From: an uncultured cyanobacterium
GTDB taxonomy: Bacteria; Cyanobacteriota; Cyanobacteriia; PCC-6307; Cyanobiaceae
Assembly (NCBI GenBank): GCA_963765575.1
Contig: CAVXWZ010000011.1
Coordinates: 416,001-480,000 of the forward strand
DNA length: 64,000 nt
Direction: 5' to 3'
Shown here: piece after piece, positions 33,302 to 43,795 of the stretch
Layout: each line of letters begins with the position of its first letter
How positions within the stretch are numbered: the first letter of the stretch is position 1
Translations under genes and position numbers: made by a program
The notes under the pieces: model-generated
Databases searched by the model: none
Seen by the model: only the letters and a program-made list of their open reading frames with translations
Told to the model about the DNA's origin: nothing

Positions 33302-34629
33302 ATGGCCGATCCAGCGTCCCCCGATCCTGCAACCCCCGATCCGGCACCCCCTGAACCCACGTCCCCCCAGGCCAAACCGGGATGGTGGGCAAACGCCAGG
33401 GGCTGGCTGCGGCAGTACCTGCCGCAGCTGCCCACCCTGGTGGTGGCGTTGGCCACGCTGCTGGGGGTGAGCACCCTGAGCACGCGCATGAGCACTTCGG
33501 AGATGCTCCTCGCCCAGATCGACAACCTCAAGCAAGAGGACAGCCTGCCGCGCAACATGTCGATCCTGGCGATTGAGCACACCCTCGCCAGCCGCAGTCC
33601 GGTGGAGGGCGTGCACCACGATCTGCTGCTCACCCACGTGCTCGGCGAGGTGCTGATGCACGACAAGGCCAGGGGTGATCTGCTGGGGGAGAACAGCGAG
33701 GCGGGCATCCAGCGCCGGGGCCAGATCCAGCGCATCCTGCTGGCCTCGATCCGCGACCTCAACCCCCGCTGCGCCCATGGCTTCACCAACCTGGGCGACG
33801 CCAGCGGAGCGAGCACCGGCAAGACGGGTTGCAGTTCAGCAGCAGCAGCAGCACCCACGGGGCCAGCCCCCGCCAGCCCCTGAGCGAGGTCGTCGCGAGC
33901 CCCGCCTGCCGTCACGCGGCGGCCCTGGGGGTGTGGACCGGCTGGTGGCCTGGGAAGGCCTCCCGCGCCGAGGTGCTGCGCACGTCGGTGCAGCGCCTGG
34001 CCGAGATCACCCCCACCATCTCGGGCGAATCCCAGCTGCCCCTCTCCAGCCAGATCACCACCAGCGCGATCGAGCGCCGGGCCGGAGCGGCGAGCGCGGG
34101 GGCCTCCGGCATCGATCTGGAGCGCCTCAGCCAGGAGCAGATCCGCTCGGCTTCGGAGATCGTGGCCGGTGCCGTGGCGCTCGACCAGCAGAAGCGGATG
34201 GTGTCGGAACGGCACGGCAAGCTGCCGGGCCTGCCCCATGTGTTCATCCACTACGACGACCCGGAGGCGGTGAAGCCGCTGCAGACGCTGGCCGAACGGC
34301 TCAGCGGCTCGGGCGCCTATTTCGTGGACCGCACCCTGCGCCATGTGCCCCCCACTGCCAGGGCCTGTGCCCCCAGCTCCCAGGTGAAGTTCTTCCACCA
34401 GGCCGATCGCGAGCTGGCCACGCAACTTCTGATCGCCGCCAACTCCGGCAGCGGGAACGGGCGCCCGGACACCTGGACCATCGATGACAAGGCCGGTCTG
34501 ATCGACCTCAGCAACTGGAGCCTGGCCGCCAAGGTGCCGCGGGGGCAGCTGGAGCTGTGGCTGATCAGCGACGGCCCCAGCTGCCGGCCGTCCACCGGAG
34601 CTGAGGTATCCACGGCCAGCAGCGACTGA
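33302..34629 (+). CDS. Hypothetical membrane-anchored protein, probably one gene split by a frameshift near 33830
   Basis: Overlapping ORFs 33302-33883 and 33829-34629; N-terminal helix LPTLVVALATLLGV. Confidence 0.6.
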
Positions 34630-34637
34630 GCCAGGGC

Positions 34638-35084
34638 TCAGCTCGTGAAGCAGGCCAGATCCATCGCGGCAGGGAGGCCTGGCCGCGGCTGCTCCAGCTT
34701 GCGCAGCAGGCGCCGATCCGCCGTGATCAACGTGGCCTGTTCCTGCTCGGCCAGAGCCACATAGAGGCAGTCGTAGGCAGGGTGAACGAGCTCCCGGCAC
34801 CAGTGGCCGGCCCGGGAAAGAAGCGCCGTGGCGGGAACCAGCAGGTGGAACGGCTCGGCAGCACGGTGGGCCAGCACCTGGAACTGCTCGGTGGTGATCG
34901 CCCCCAGCCGCAGGCTTTTCCAGGCCGTGTTCAGCAGTTCCACCAGCACCAGATCCGGCGCCAGCAGGAGCGTGCCCGGCGTGGCCTCCAGCAGCCGGGC
35001 GGCCTGCTGCGATCCCGGCACCGCGGCGAACCAGCCGAAGGCCACCGAAGCGTCCACCACCCAGGTGTGGGGATCAGCGGCCAT
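34638..35084 (-). CDS. PIN-domain (VapC/FitB-like) toxin
   Basis: VVDASVA, E in LVELLN, AYDCLYVALA, LITAD. Confidence 0.9.
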   Translation of the reverse strand: MAADPHTWVVDASVAFGWFAAVPGSQQAARLLEATPGTLLLAPDLVLVELLNTAWKSLRLGAITTEQFQVLAHRAAEPFHLLVPATALLSRAGHWCRELVHPAYDCLYVALAEQEQATLITADRRLLRKLEQPRPGLPAAMDLACFTS

Positions 35085-35307
35085 CGCGATCGTCGCGGAT
35101 CAGGGCTGCCACGTTGAGACTGCGGCCCGCTTCCGGCGTGGTCGCCCGCAGGCGCGCCAGCTCCTCCCGAAGCGACTCGTCTCCGCGAACGGTAGCTGTG
35201 AGCAGATCGCGCAGGCTCTGTTCCAGGGAGACGCCCTGGGCCCAGGCGCGTGCCCGCAGCGCGGCCAGCACCTGGTCGTCCAGTTGCCGGATCAGCACCT
35301 GAGCCAT
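35074..35307 (-). CDS. FitA-like ribbon-helix-helix antitoxin
   Basis: MAQVLIRQLDDQVLAALRARA...GVSLEQSLRDLL...LIRDDRD; overlaps the toxin start. Confidence 0.88.
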   Translation of the reverse strand: MAQVLIRQLDDQVLAALRARAWAQGVSLEQSLRDLLTATVRGDESLREELARLRATTPEAGRSLNVAALIRDDRDGR

Positions 35308-35319
35308 CGGGCCTCGAGT

Positions 35320-35356
35320 TGATAGCGCCAATGATAGCGCCCAAGGCCTTGGGCGC
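35320..35356. promoter_or_regulatory. Probable TA operator
   Basis: TGATAGCGCC twice (35320, 35332) plus the perfect palindrome GCGCCCAAGGCCTTGGGCGC (35337-35356). Confidence 0.55.
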
Positions 35357-35446
35357 CCTGGTCGTTGGCAGCGGCGATGTTGCGCATCGTTGCGCTGCCG
35401 GCATCCAGCGTGGCAACGCTGATGCGGTCGTTGCCGAGGTGTGTGG

Positions 35447-36064
35447 ATGCCTGCCGTTGTGTTGTTGCTGCGGGCCCGGACTACCCGCCGCTGTTTGCCG
35501 CCCCAGCAGGCGGGATTTTTATTGCCACTGTCGCTGACTGTGGTGCTGTTGTTGATGCTCAGCAGCATGATGCTGCTCACCCTGGCGCTGCAGAGCCGGC
35601 TGCAGGCCGCCGTGCAGCGCCAGCGGCGCCTGGCGGAAGACCAGCTGATCAACGCCGCCCAGCAGTGGGCCGGCCACCTGCAGCGCCACTGCCCGGAAGC
35701 GCTGGCCCATGCCCACGACCGTTGGGACGGGCAGCCCTTGGGCACCGAGCAGGGCTGCGGGGGGCTGGAGGCCGGAGCTGACTACCGGCTGGTGAGCTAT
35801 GCGCCGGGCGGCGACCCCCAGCCGGGCACCGCCCCCGACCAGGGCACCGGCGAACTGGTGCTGGAGCTCAGCGACGCCGAACCCGCCTCGCGCGGCGCCT
35901 TTGCGTTGCACTGGCGGCGGCAGCCAGTTCTCCTGGAGCCCCAGGGCGAGGAAGGTGCCACCACCCTCGGCCCGCCCCAGCTGATGGGCCTGGAGGAGCG
36001 GGGGCTGCGCGCTGCCGCCTCCGCCGCCGCGGCTGGCGCCTCCGAGCTGGAGGTGGGGCCATGA
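35447..36064 (+). CDS. PilX-like minor pilin (short)
   Basis: G|FLLPLSLTVVLLLMLSS (no E5), AEDQLINAAQ. Confidence 0.75.
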   Translation: MPAVVLLLRARTTRRCLPPQQAGFLLPLSLTVVLLLMLSSMMLLTLALQSRLQAAVQRQRRLAEDQLINAAQQWAGHLQRHCPEALAHAHDRWDGQPLGTEQGCGGLEAGADYRLVSYAPGGDPQPGTAPDQGTGELVLELSDAEPASRGAFALHWRRQPVLLEPQGEEGATTLGPPQLMGLEERGLRAAASAAAAGASELEVGP

Positions 36065-36408
36065 ACCTGGTGGAAGTGCTGGTGGCCAGCTGCCTGGTGC
36101 TGGGCTCGGCCACGGGGTCGCTGGGCATCTGGGCCCGCACCGTGCACTCCAGCCACGAGGCCGCCGCCCTGCTGCGGCAGCAGCGCCAGGCCGATGAACA
36201 GCTGCTGGCGGTGCAGGCCCAACTGCAGGCCCTGGCCGCCGAGCAACGCGCCAGCGGTGCGCCGGTGCCGGCGGTCTGCCCCGACCTCACAGGCCTGGGC
36301 GTGGAGGGCTCCGGCCCGATCGTCAGCGTGAGCGTGGAGACCGGGGCGGATCAGCGCCGCCAGCGGGTGTTCGACCTGGCGGCCTACGGCCTCTGTGGGG
36401 GGACGTGA
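36061..36408 (+). CDS. PilV-like minor pilin
   Basis: MNLVEVLVASCLVLGS; ATGA overlap with the previous gene. Confidence 0.75.
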   Translation: MNLVEVLVASCLVLGSATGSLGIWARTVHSSHEAAALLRQQRQADEQLLAVQAQLQALAAEQRASGAPVPAVCPDLTGLGVEGSGPIVSVSVETGADQRRQRVFDLAAYGLCGGT

Positions 36409-36887
36409 TGGGCGTGCGTGTTGATCGCCGCAGCGCTGGCGCCAGCCTGCCGGAGCTGCTGGTGGCGGTGGTGGTGCTGGGGGTGCTGCTGGCGATCGGC
36501 GGCTTCAGCGGGCAGGGCTTTCTGGCCCGGCAGCGGGTGGAGGTGGCGGCCCGCGAGCTGGCGAGCACGATCGAGCGCGAGCGCGATCTGGCCCTGCGCC
36601 ACGGCCGCAGCCGCAGCCTCGCGGTGGAGGGCTCCGGCGGCTTGCTGGCGGCGGCCGCCGTGGCCGGCGGGCGGCTGGAGATCAGCCACAACCTGCCCGA
36701 GCAGCTGCGCTTCACGGCCAACGGCCTGCTGCTCGATGGCGGCACGGTGGTGGTGGAAGGGGCCGGCACCGATCTGCGCCGCTGCCTGGTGATGGCGCTG
36801 CCGATCGGCGTGCTGCGCCTGGGCCGCGACGAGGGATCAGGGGGCGCCGTGAGCGCCAGCACTTGCGTGCGCGACGAGGGGGCGTGA
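36408..36887 (+). CDS. FimT/GspH-like minor pilin
   Basis: G|ASLPELLVAVVVLGVLL, LRFTANG, RRCLVMALPIGV. Confidence 0.8.
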   Translation: MGVRVDRRSAGASLPELLVAVVVLGVLLAIGGFSGQGFLARQRVEVAARELASTIERERDLALRHGRSRSLAVEGSGGLLAAAAVAGGRLEISHNLPEQLRFTANGLLLDGGTVVVEGAGTDLRRCLVMALPIGVLRLGRDEGSGGAVSASTCVRDEGA

Positions 36888-37498
36888 TGGGGGCTCTAGG
36901 CCGGAATCGGGGCCAGCGCCGCGATGGCTTCACGCTGGTGGAGCTGCTGGTGACGCTGCTGCTCTCGGGCCTGGTGCTCACCGCCGTGCTGCAGCTGCTG
37001 GTGGGCGACCTGCGCCAGGTGGGCCGGCTGGGCCGCTGGCTGCGGGAGCGGCAGGCGGGCGAGCGCACCCTGGCGCTGCTGCGCGAGGAGCTGCAGCGGG
37101 CCGAATGGGTGAGCCTGGGGGCCGCAGGGGCGCCGCTGCCGGCCGGCTGCGCCCTGGCGGGCCGCGCTCCGGTGCTGCTGCTGCAGGGCCGCACGGCTGG
37201 CGGGACGCCGGCCGCGGTGCTCTACACCTACGGCCCGGCGCCCTCGGCGATCTGGCGCGGGGCGGTGCTGATGCGCTGCGGCCCGGCCTACGGCCTCGAT
37301 GGCGACTGGAGCGAGGGCTCACCGGTGGCGCGGGTGCTGATCGATGCCCTGCCGGCCGCCGGCGGTTTCGCCGTGACCGGCAGCGTGCCGGGGGTGCTGC
37401 GGCTGGAGCTGGAGCGCCAGCTGGCCGATGGCCAGACGATCCGCCAGCAGCAGGTGGCCCTGGGGGCGGGGCCGCCGGCGGCCATGGATCAGCCCTAG
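36887..37498 (+). CDS. PilW-like minor pilin
   Basis: G|FTLVELLVTLLLSG, IWRGAVLMRCGPAYGLDG; TGATG overlap. Confidence 0.82.
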   Translation: MGALGRNRGQRRDGFTLVELLVTLLLSGLVLTAVLQLLVGDLRQVGRLGRWLRERQAGERTLALLREELQRAEWVSLGAAGAPLPAGCALAGRAPVLLLQGRTAGGTPAAVLYTYGPAPSAIWRGAVLMRCGPAYGLDGDWSEGSPVARVLIDALPAAGGFAVTGSVPGVLRLELERQLADGQTIRQQQVALGAGPPAAMDQP

Positions 37499-37652
37499 AA
37501 GCGGACACAGGCAAAGGACGGCCGCCCCTGCCGGCCAGGTTCCAGGTCTGCTTCCCCCCACTGCGATCACCCCCGGTTCGCGGGGGCTGAGGAGGGCTGG
37601 GTGGTGGATGACATCGACGCGGTCATCGAGGCCCTGAGGCTGCGCTGTGACG

Positions 37653-38300
37653 TCAGCCGTCGAAGTCGTGGCAGAGGAAGGAGCCGTCGGGACGGCGCAC
37701 CAGGTTGCCCTGGTAGGCGCCAGTGCGGGCGATGCGGTCCCAGTAATCCATCTTGTCAGTGCCGAAGGTGAACGAGAGCAGCACCACCGGTGGATCACAG
37801 GTTCCCGGTTCGGTGGAGTGGATGAACTTGTCGCCAAAGATGATGCCCTTGCCGATCCGGTAGGGATAACGCCCTTCGCTGCCATCGGTCTTCTTGTAGA
37901 GCAGAGCGGCGGGAGGGTCGCCCAGTTGCAGGGGGGTGATCAGGGTGAAGGCCTGCTGGAGCGTGTCGATCCAGTCTTCGTGGAAGCTGGGGGCCGAGCA
38001 ATGGCTGCGCTGCACCAGGAAGCCGGAGTAGAGCCGCGGGGCGTGCTCGAGATCCAGCAGAGGCCGCACCACCTGGGCGCCGCCGAGATCATCGAACAGC
38101 TGCCGGTAGACGCGGAACATCGCCAGGCTGTTGGGGGAGATCCAGGCGATGTCGCTGTGTCAGGGGGGGTGCAGCACCTGGAAGTCTGCTGATTGCCGAT
38201 ACATCTCCAGGTGGGGCTTCAGACGTTGCAGCTCTCCAGCATCGAGATCCACTTCAAGCACGTTGGCGGCATCGAGCTCGGGGTTGTGGAAGGGGAACAT
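37653..38300 (-). CDS. Putative 2OG-Fe(II) oxygenase with an in-frame TGA at 38160-38162
   Basis: The two track ORFs share a frame; FHED...IHST matches the HxD...H facial triad. Confidence 0.6.
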
Positions 38301-38310
38301 CGTGGGCGGT

Positions 38311-39838
38311 TCAGCCGGGGAAGACGCCCAGAGCCTGCAGGGCCGGCCAGCGCCCGCCGCTGAAGCGCTCGATCTCCTGCTGCAGCACATCGAGGGGCGG
38401 CTCGGGCCCCAGGGCACTGAGGCCCGCCTGCACGCAGCCGCTGAGCAGCTCGCCGCTGAGCCCCTGGCTGAGGCCAGTGGCCATCAGCTGTTCGCTGGGG
38501 GGCACGGCGACAGCCTGGCCGATGCGGGCTGCGGCGAGGGAGCCGAAGGCCGCGCCCTCGGCGCTGAGCCTGGCGATGGCGCGGTTCACGCCCTGGAAGC
38601 CAGCCAGGGCCTCTCGCCAGCGCCGCCGCGGTCCAGACCCAGCCGGCCGGCGGCCAGCAGCAGTGCCACCTGCACCACGAGGTCTTCCGGCGGCTGCGGG
38701 CATGCCGCCAGCAGCGCGGCCAGGGGCTGGGGCCCGGGCGCCAGGGCCTCCTCCAGTGCCCGGTAGGCCTCCAGGTGGCCGGTGACATCGCCGTAGCTGG
38801 TGGAGAACACATAGGCCTCCAGGGGCGGGGCCTCCTGCGGCCGCACCTGCAGCGCCGCCAGCCGCTCCTCGCGGGCCGAGGCGGTGAGCCGGCATTCCCC
38901 GAGCACGAACAGATCACGGCGGAAGCACTTGTTGGTGGCCAGATCCACGAGCAGCTCGCGTACGCGGGGGTTGGCCTCCTGGCGCAGCACGGCCTGCACC
39001 TGGGGCGGCAGCAAGTGGGGGAAGAGCTCGGAGAGGTGGGCAGAACAGATGTAGCTGAGCTTGTGGGCGGCGCAGCGTTCATGCAGCTGGTGCACGTAGA
39101 GGGGCTGCCAGCCGTCATTGGCGTATTCCTGGCTGAGGTAGAGGGGCGGGAAGCTCTCCAGCAGGTCCAGGTCGTTGCGCAGGCCGGGGCAGGCCTGGGC
39201 CAGGGTGGTGGGGTCGGCCCCGTCGCCCAGCAGCGCCTTGAGGTGGTGGCGGCCCGCTGAATCGGCTGCAGGGCAACGGCGGGATCGCTGCGCCGCCGCT
39301 CCATGCCCACCAGCTGGTGCAGGGCCGTGCGGCCCAGCCAGCCGGGAAAGCAGTTGTAGGAGCAGTAAAACAGGCCGCCGGGACGCAGGCAGGAGGCCGC
39401 GGCTGCAAACAGAGCCTGCTGCACGGGCTCCACCACCCAGGTGGCCACGCCGTGGGCACCGACGTAGTCAAAGCGAGGGGCGCCGCCGGCGGCATCCGCC
39501 AGGGGGTTTGGATCACTGGCGAGGGCGAGCACATCAGCCTCCAGGAAGCGGATGTTGCTGAGCTCCAGAGCGGCGGCGAGGCTTTCGGCCTGAGCGATGT
39601 GGGTGGGCAGGAAATCCACGCCCACGAAGGGTCCTTCAGGATGCAGGGCGGCCAGCAGGCAGAGGCCGTAGCCGGTGCCGCAGCCCAGATCGAGATAGCG
39701 GAAGGGAGCGCCGTCGCTGGGGCGGCCGGGAGCCACCCCCTTCACCAGGGCGGCGAAATCGATCCAGCCCGGCGCCATCTCCCGGTAGTAGCCGCTGGTG
39801 TAGGCGGCATGGGAGTAGTAGCCATGATCCCAGCTCAT
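38311..39838 (-). CDS. Class I SAM methyltransferase with regulatory domain, frameshifted
   Basis: YTSGYYREMAP, YLDLGCGTG, FDYVGAHGV, SYNCFPGW, YLSQEY, FRRDLF across three frames. Confidence 0.82.
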
Positions 39839-39866
39839 GGCGCGGTGCTCAACGGGGGCGGGGCAT

Positions 39867-39893
39867 AAAAAGGCGGCCGTGGTGCGGCCGCCT
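39867..39893 (-). terminator. Intrinsic terminator after the major pilin
   Basis: AGGCGGCCG-CACCA-CGGCCGCCT then TTTT on the minus strand. Confidence 0.8.
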
Positions 39894-39928
39894 CATGGTG
39901 CGGCGCTTAGGCAGATGGCCCTGGGCGT

Positions 39929-40333
39929 TCAGGCGCCGGGGGTGACGGCGCCGTTGGCGTCGATCGAGGCCGCCCAGTACGGGCGTTGGTGCCCTCGCCT
40001 GCCGTCACCGTGTAGGTAGTGTCCAATGCGCAGGCGGAGGTCTGATCTGCACCCTGGTGCGGTCGACGCCGGTCTCGAACTGTCTTCGTCGCCGGTGGCC
40101 AGCAGGGCTGCGCAGTTCTTGGCGGCAGCGGTGGCCGCCACATTGGCGGTGTTCTCGTTGGCACGGCCGATCTGGTTCACGTAGGCGCCATAGCCCACGC
40201 CACCGAGCACGCCCAGGATCACGATCACCACCAGCAGCTCGATCAGGGTGAAGCCCTGGGCCGACTCCGGTCGATGCCGCGCGGGAGTTGAGCAGTTGCA
40301 GCAGCAGCCGCTGCCTGTAGGTGGAGCAGACAT
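39929..40333 (-). CDS. pilA: Type IV major pilin (PilA-like), with compensating frameshifts
   Basis: G|FTLIELLVVIVILGVLGGV; leader RQRLLLQLLNSR in an alternate frame; short, with its own terminator. Confidence 0.75.
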   Translation of the reverse strand: MSAPPTGSGCCCNCSTPARHRPESAQGFTLIELLVVIVILGVLGGVGYGAYVNQIGRANENTANVAATAAAKNCAALLATGDEDSSRPASTAPGCRSDLRLRIGHYLHGDGRRGHQRPYWAASIDANGAVTPGA

Positions 40334-40451
40334 GGGGAGGGAGGAGCGACTCTACTGATCCAGCGAAGCAAACACGGGGTTCGCTGGGGCAGGCCCTGGC
40401 AGGTGAAGTCACCGAGAGATCGCTGAGATCCGACACAGCCGGCGGGGCCGA

Positions 40452-43400
40452 TCAAGCCCCGTTGGCGGGCCATGGCGAAGAAGGCCTGCTCAAGCTGGTG
40501 GGCAAGATCCTCACCGTCGTACAGGGAACTCGCCAGCACCTGGTGCTGTAGGGCTCAGGCTTCTCGATCCGCAGGCGGGCGACGTCGCCGCTGAGCTGCC
40601 CCACGATCTCGGCGAACTGCGATGGATCGTGGGCGATCCAGTCGTCGTGGCCCAGGGTCTGGAGGATCGAGCAGGTCATCCGGCCCGCGGTGGTGGCGCC
40701 CAGGATGCCCACCACGGGTACCCCCATCGACAGGGCCTCAAAGGTGGTGGTGGCGCCGGCCCAGGGGGTGGCGTCGAGGGCAATGTCGATCCCCTGGTAA
40801 CAGCGCAGGTGCTCCGCGAAGGTGGCGGTGCGATCCAGGAAGTGCAGGCGTGCCGGATTCACTCCTCGGCGCTCCAGCCCCTCGCGGATGCGCAGTCGCG
40901 GAGCCGCGGAATCACTGGAGACGCTTTTGAGGTGCAGCTCGCAAGTGGGGGTGGTTCGCAGTGCTGCGGCCCAGTAGTCGAGTGTTTCCTGGCGCACCTT
41001 GCCGAACTGGTTGAAGGAGCCCAGCACAGGGGCGGACGGGGCTTGCAGGGTGGAGGCGGCAGCGGGCAGTTCCGGTTGGCGGCGGCTGGCCAGCCATAGC
41101 CGGGGCAGGCGCCAGAGCCCTTCCACGTAGTGATCCGCAAGCTCCGGAGCGGCGGTGATCCTGTCGCCGATGAACCAGTCGATCGTGTCCAGGCCGGTGC
41201 TGGCATGGAAGCCGATGTAGTGGCACTGCACCGGGGCGCAACGCTCAGCGAGCAACTCAAGGCCGCTGTTGGTGGTGAATCCGGAGGTTTCCATCAACAC
41301 GTGGTATGAGCGGCTGCGGAGGCGCCGTCGCGCCTCCTGACGATCCACATCGCCCAGCGGAATCACGGCATCCACATGCCTTCGCAGCTGATCGGCCCAG
41401 GGCGTGTGGTGCTCCTTCACCTCGATGAGCTCGATCTCCAGTCGCTGGCGGTTGTAGTGGCGCAAGAAGGGTTCAAGAAACAGGCTCACCACGTGATCCC
41501 CGATCTCGGCAGAGAGAATGCCCACCCTCAAACGGCCCTGCGCGGATGGGAATGTGAGCGCTCTGCTTGGCGTGGACTCGATCGCTGCATCTGAGCGCAC
41601 CTGGCGCCAGTAGCAGCGCAGGTGGCTGAGGTGCCGGGCCACGGCGTCCCTGCCGGAGATCGAGTGCACGAAAGCCAGCGATGGTGAGCATTCCGATTGC
41701 CTTGATCAGCCGCAAGCAGTTCATTAAGTAGCTGTTCGGCTTCGAGGATCTTCCCTGGGTGACACGCAGGGAGATGGTCTGGGCCAGTGCACCGAGGTGC
41801 CGGTTCTCCCCATGCAGCATCTGTGCCCAGATCGCCTCAGCTTCCTCGTGGCGATCAGGGAGATCGCCGAAGATCGAGGCCTTGCGCAGAAGGGCCTCTT
41901 CGTTTCTGGGATCCTGCAGCAGGGCCTGCTCCAGGCTGGCGAGGGCGTTCTCCCGGTCGCCCAGTTCGTCATAGGCGATGGCCAGGTTGGCGTAGTCCGC
42001 CGATTTCCCTTCGGTCGTTGCCAGCAGCAAGCCGAAGTGCAGCACGGCCTGGTGGAGCACCGCTTCGCTGGCCTGGGGCTCACCTCTTTCACGAAGGGCG
42101 AGGCCCAGTTCCACGAGCAGAGCTGGGTCGCTTGGATTCAGCTCCACGGCACGCTGCAGCAGGGCTGTGGCTTCAGAGCTCGAGCCCAGGCTGAGCAGGC
42201 ACTTGGCGAGGTAGTGCAACGAAGTTGGACAGTTGATGCCCAACTGCATCGCCCGCTGGATCAGTCCCTGGGCGGCAGTCCCATCACGAGCCTGCAGCCT
42301 CTGCCAGGCCTGTTTGCTCAGGTTGAGCTGGAATTGATTGCGGATGGCCTGCTCGGGAGATCCCTGGGGCAGGCATGGAAAACGCCGATCCAGCAGCCGG
42401 AGGCGTCTCGCTGCCATGCCCCGCTCTTCACCGCAAAAACCAAGCTCAAGCAGGCGTTCCAGACGTGCCCGGCTGCGCTCGCCCAAGTAGAAGGCGGAAT
42501 AGGCCCCGAGAATTTCGTCGGCTTCCAGGAATCCGGAGAGGAGCCAGTCGGCCAAGCGACCTCCCGGATCAAGTTCGTCGTAGCGCCGCAGCGGCGGCAG
42601 CAACGGATCCTGAAGGTCCAGCGCTTTGTCAGCTTGGAGCGCCGGGATCAGTTGGCCCAGCGAGCGCACGGCCTCGGTGCGCTCCCCCAGCTCCGCTGCC
42701 ACCCGCACCAGGCTGGCCAGCCCGCTGAGCCGCTGGTTGCCGTGGGCCTGCTCACTCAACAGCCTGTAGCTGCGCTGCAGAGCACCCAGGCGACGAGTGA
42801 CCGGCTGGTCAGGGTCCTGGGAATAGGCCCACAGGGCCAGGGGCTCGGCCAGGCGCCGCGTTTCGCTGCCCTGCTGCTGCTCCCACGTGGAGGCAAGGGC
42901 CTGGCCGTAGAGCCGCTGTGTGAGCGCCCGGCACCAGTGATAAGCCTCCAGCCCTGCTGGTTCGGGGGGGGCTGGGCTGGCGGTGGGCACCAGCCAGCCA
43001 TCGGCTTCCAGGGCCGCTGCGCGATCGGGCTTGGCGGCAAAGAGATTGAGCAGGTAGCCATCCACCCCGTCCGCTGGATCGAAGGGCATCAGGGCATTGA
43101 GCCCGGGGACCAGCCGATAGCAGCCGTAACCGAGGGCCTGGAAGCGCTCCACCAGCTCCAGGTGCAGATCGGCGCCGTCCTTGAGCTCAAACATCACCAG
43201 GGGCGAGAGCTCAGCGAAGAAGCGCTGGCCGCCGGCCAGGATGCGCTCTTCCTCGCCTTCGGCGTCGATCTTGAGCAGGTCCACCTGCTGCCAGCCGAAG
43301 CTGTCCAGGCAGGCATCGAGGGTGGTGAGGGGCACCTCTTCCCCTGGGCCCTGCTGCGGGCCCAGGCTGTTGAGTTCCGATTGGCCCGACATCTGCAGCC

Positions 43401-43759
43401 AGGTCGTGCCGGTGTGATCGGAGAGCGCCTGGCGCTCCAGGTGCAGCCAGGCTGGTGCCATTGGCGGCGATGCTGGCTGCCAGCAGAGCGGCGGTGTCGG
43501 AGGCCGGCTCGAAAGCCCACACCTGCCCGCCGGGCCCCACCCGTCGGGCCAGAGAGAGGGCATAGACGCCCATGTTGGCGCCGATGTCCACCACCGTTTG
43601 CCCTGGCTGCACGAGGCGGCGCAGGAACTTGATTTCGTCCTCAAACCAGTCACCCTGTTCCTGCAGCACGTAGGGCGTGATCTGATCAAGCGAATCGGGC
43701 ACCACCACCTGGGTGCCGTCCACGAGGGTGACGGTGAGGGTGGCTTGGGTGCTGGTCAT
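40452..43759 (-). CDS. FkbM methyltransferase-TPR-GT41 (SPINDLY/OGT-like) fusion, frameshifted
   Basis: VDIGANMG, LLKIDAEG; TPR helices; LRVGILS...H, APVQ, GSFNQFGK, DIALDATPW.G.TT.EAL.MGVPV. 3' end approximate. Confidence 0.75.
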
Positions 43760-43795
43760 CGGCGGCACTGGCTTGCTTCGACGCTAGGTCGAAGC

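Noticed and set aside
37499..37652. Possible gene remnant (VVDDIDAVIEALRL)
   Set aside because: Too short to assign to any family
38160..38162. Selenocysteine or recoded TGA
   Set aside because: Not in a Cys/redox motif, no evident SECIS, and the region is error-rich; TGG->TGA is simpler
40270..40333. Cys-rich CCCNC leader on the pilin suggesting a RiPP or metal site
   Set aside because: The alternate frame gives a normal leader RQRLLLQLLNSR; artefact of compensating indels
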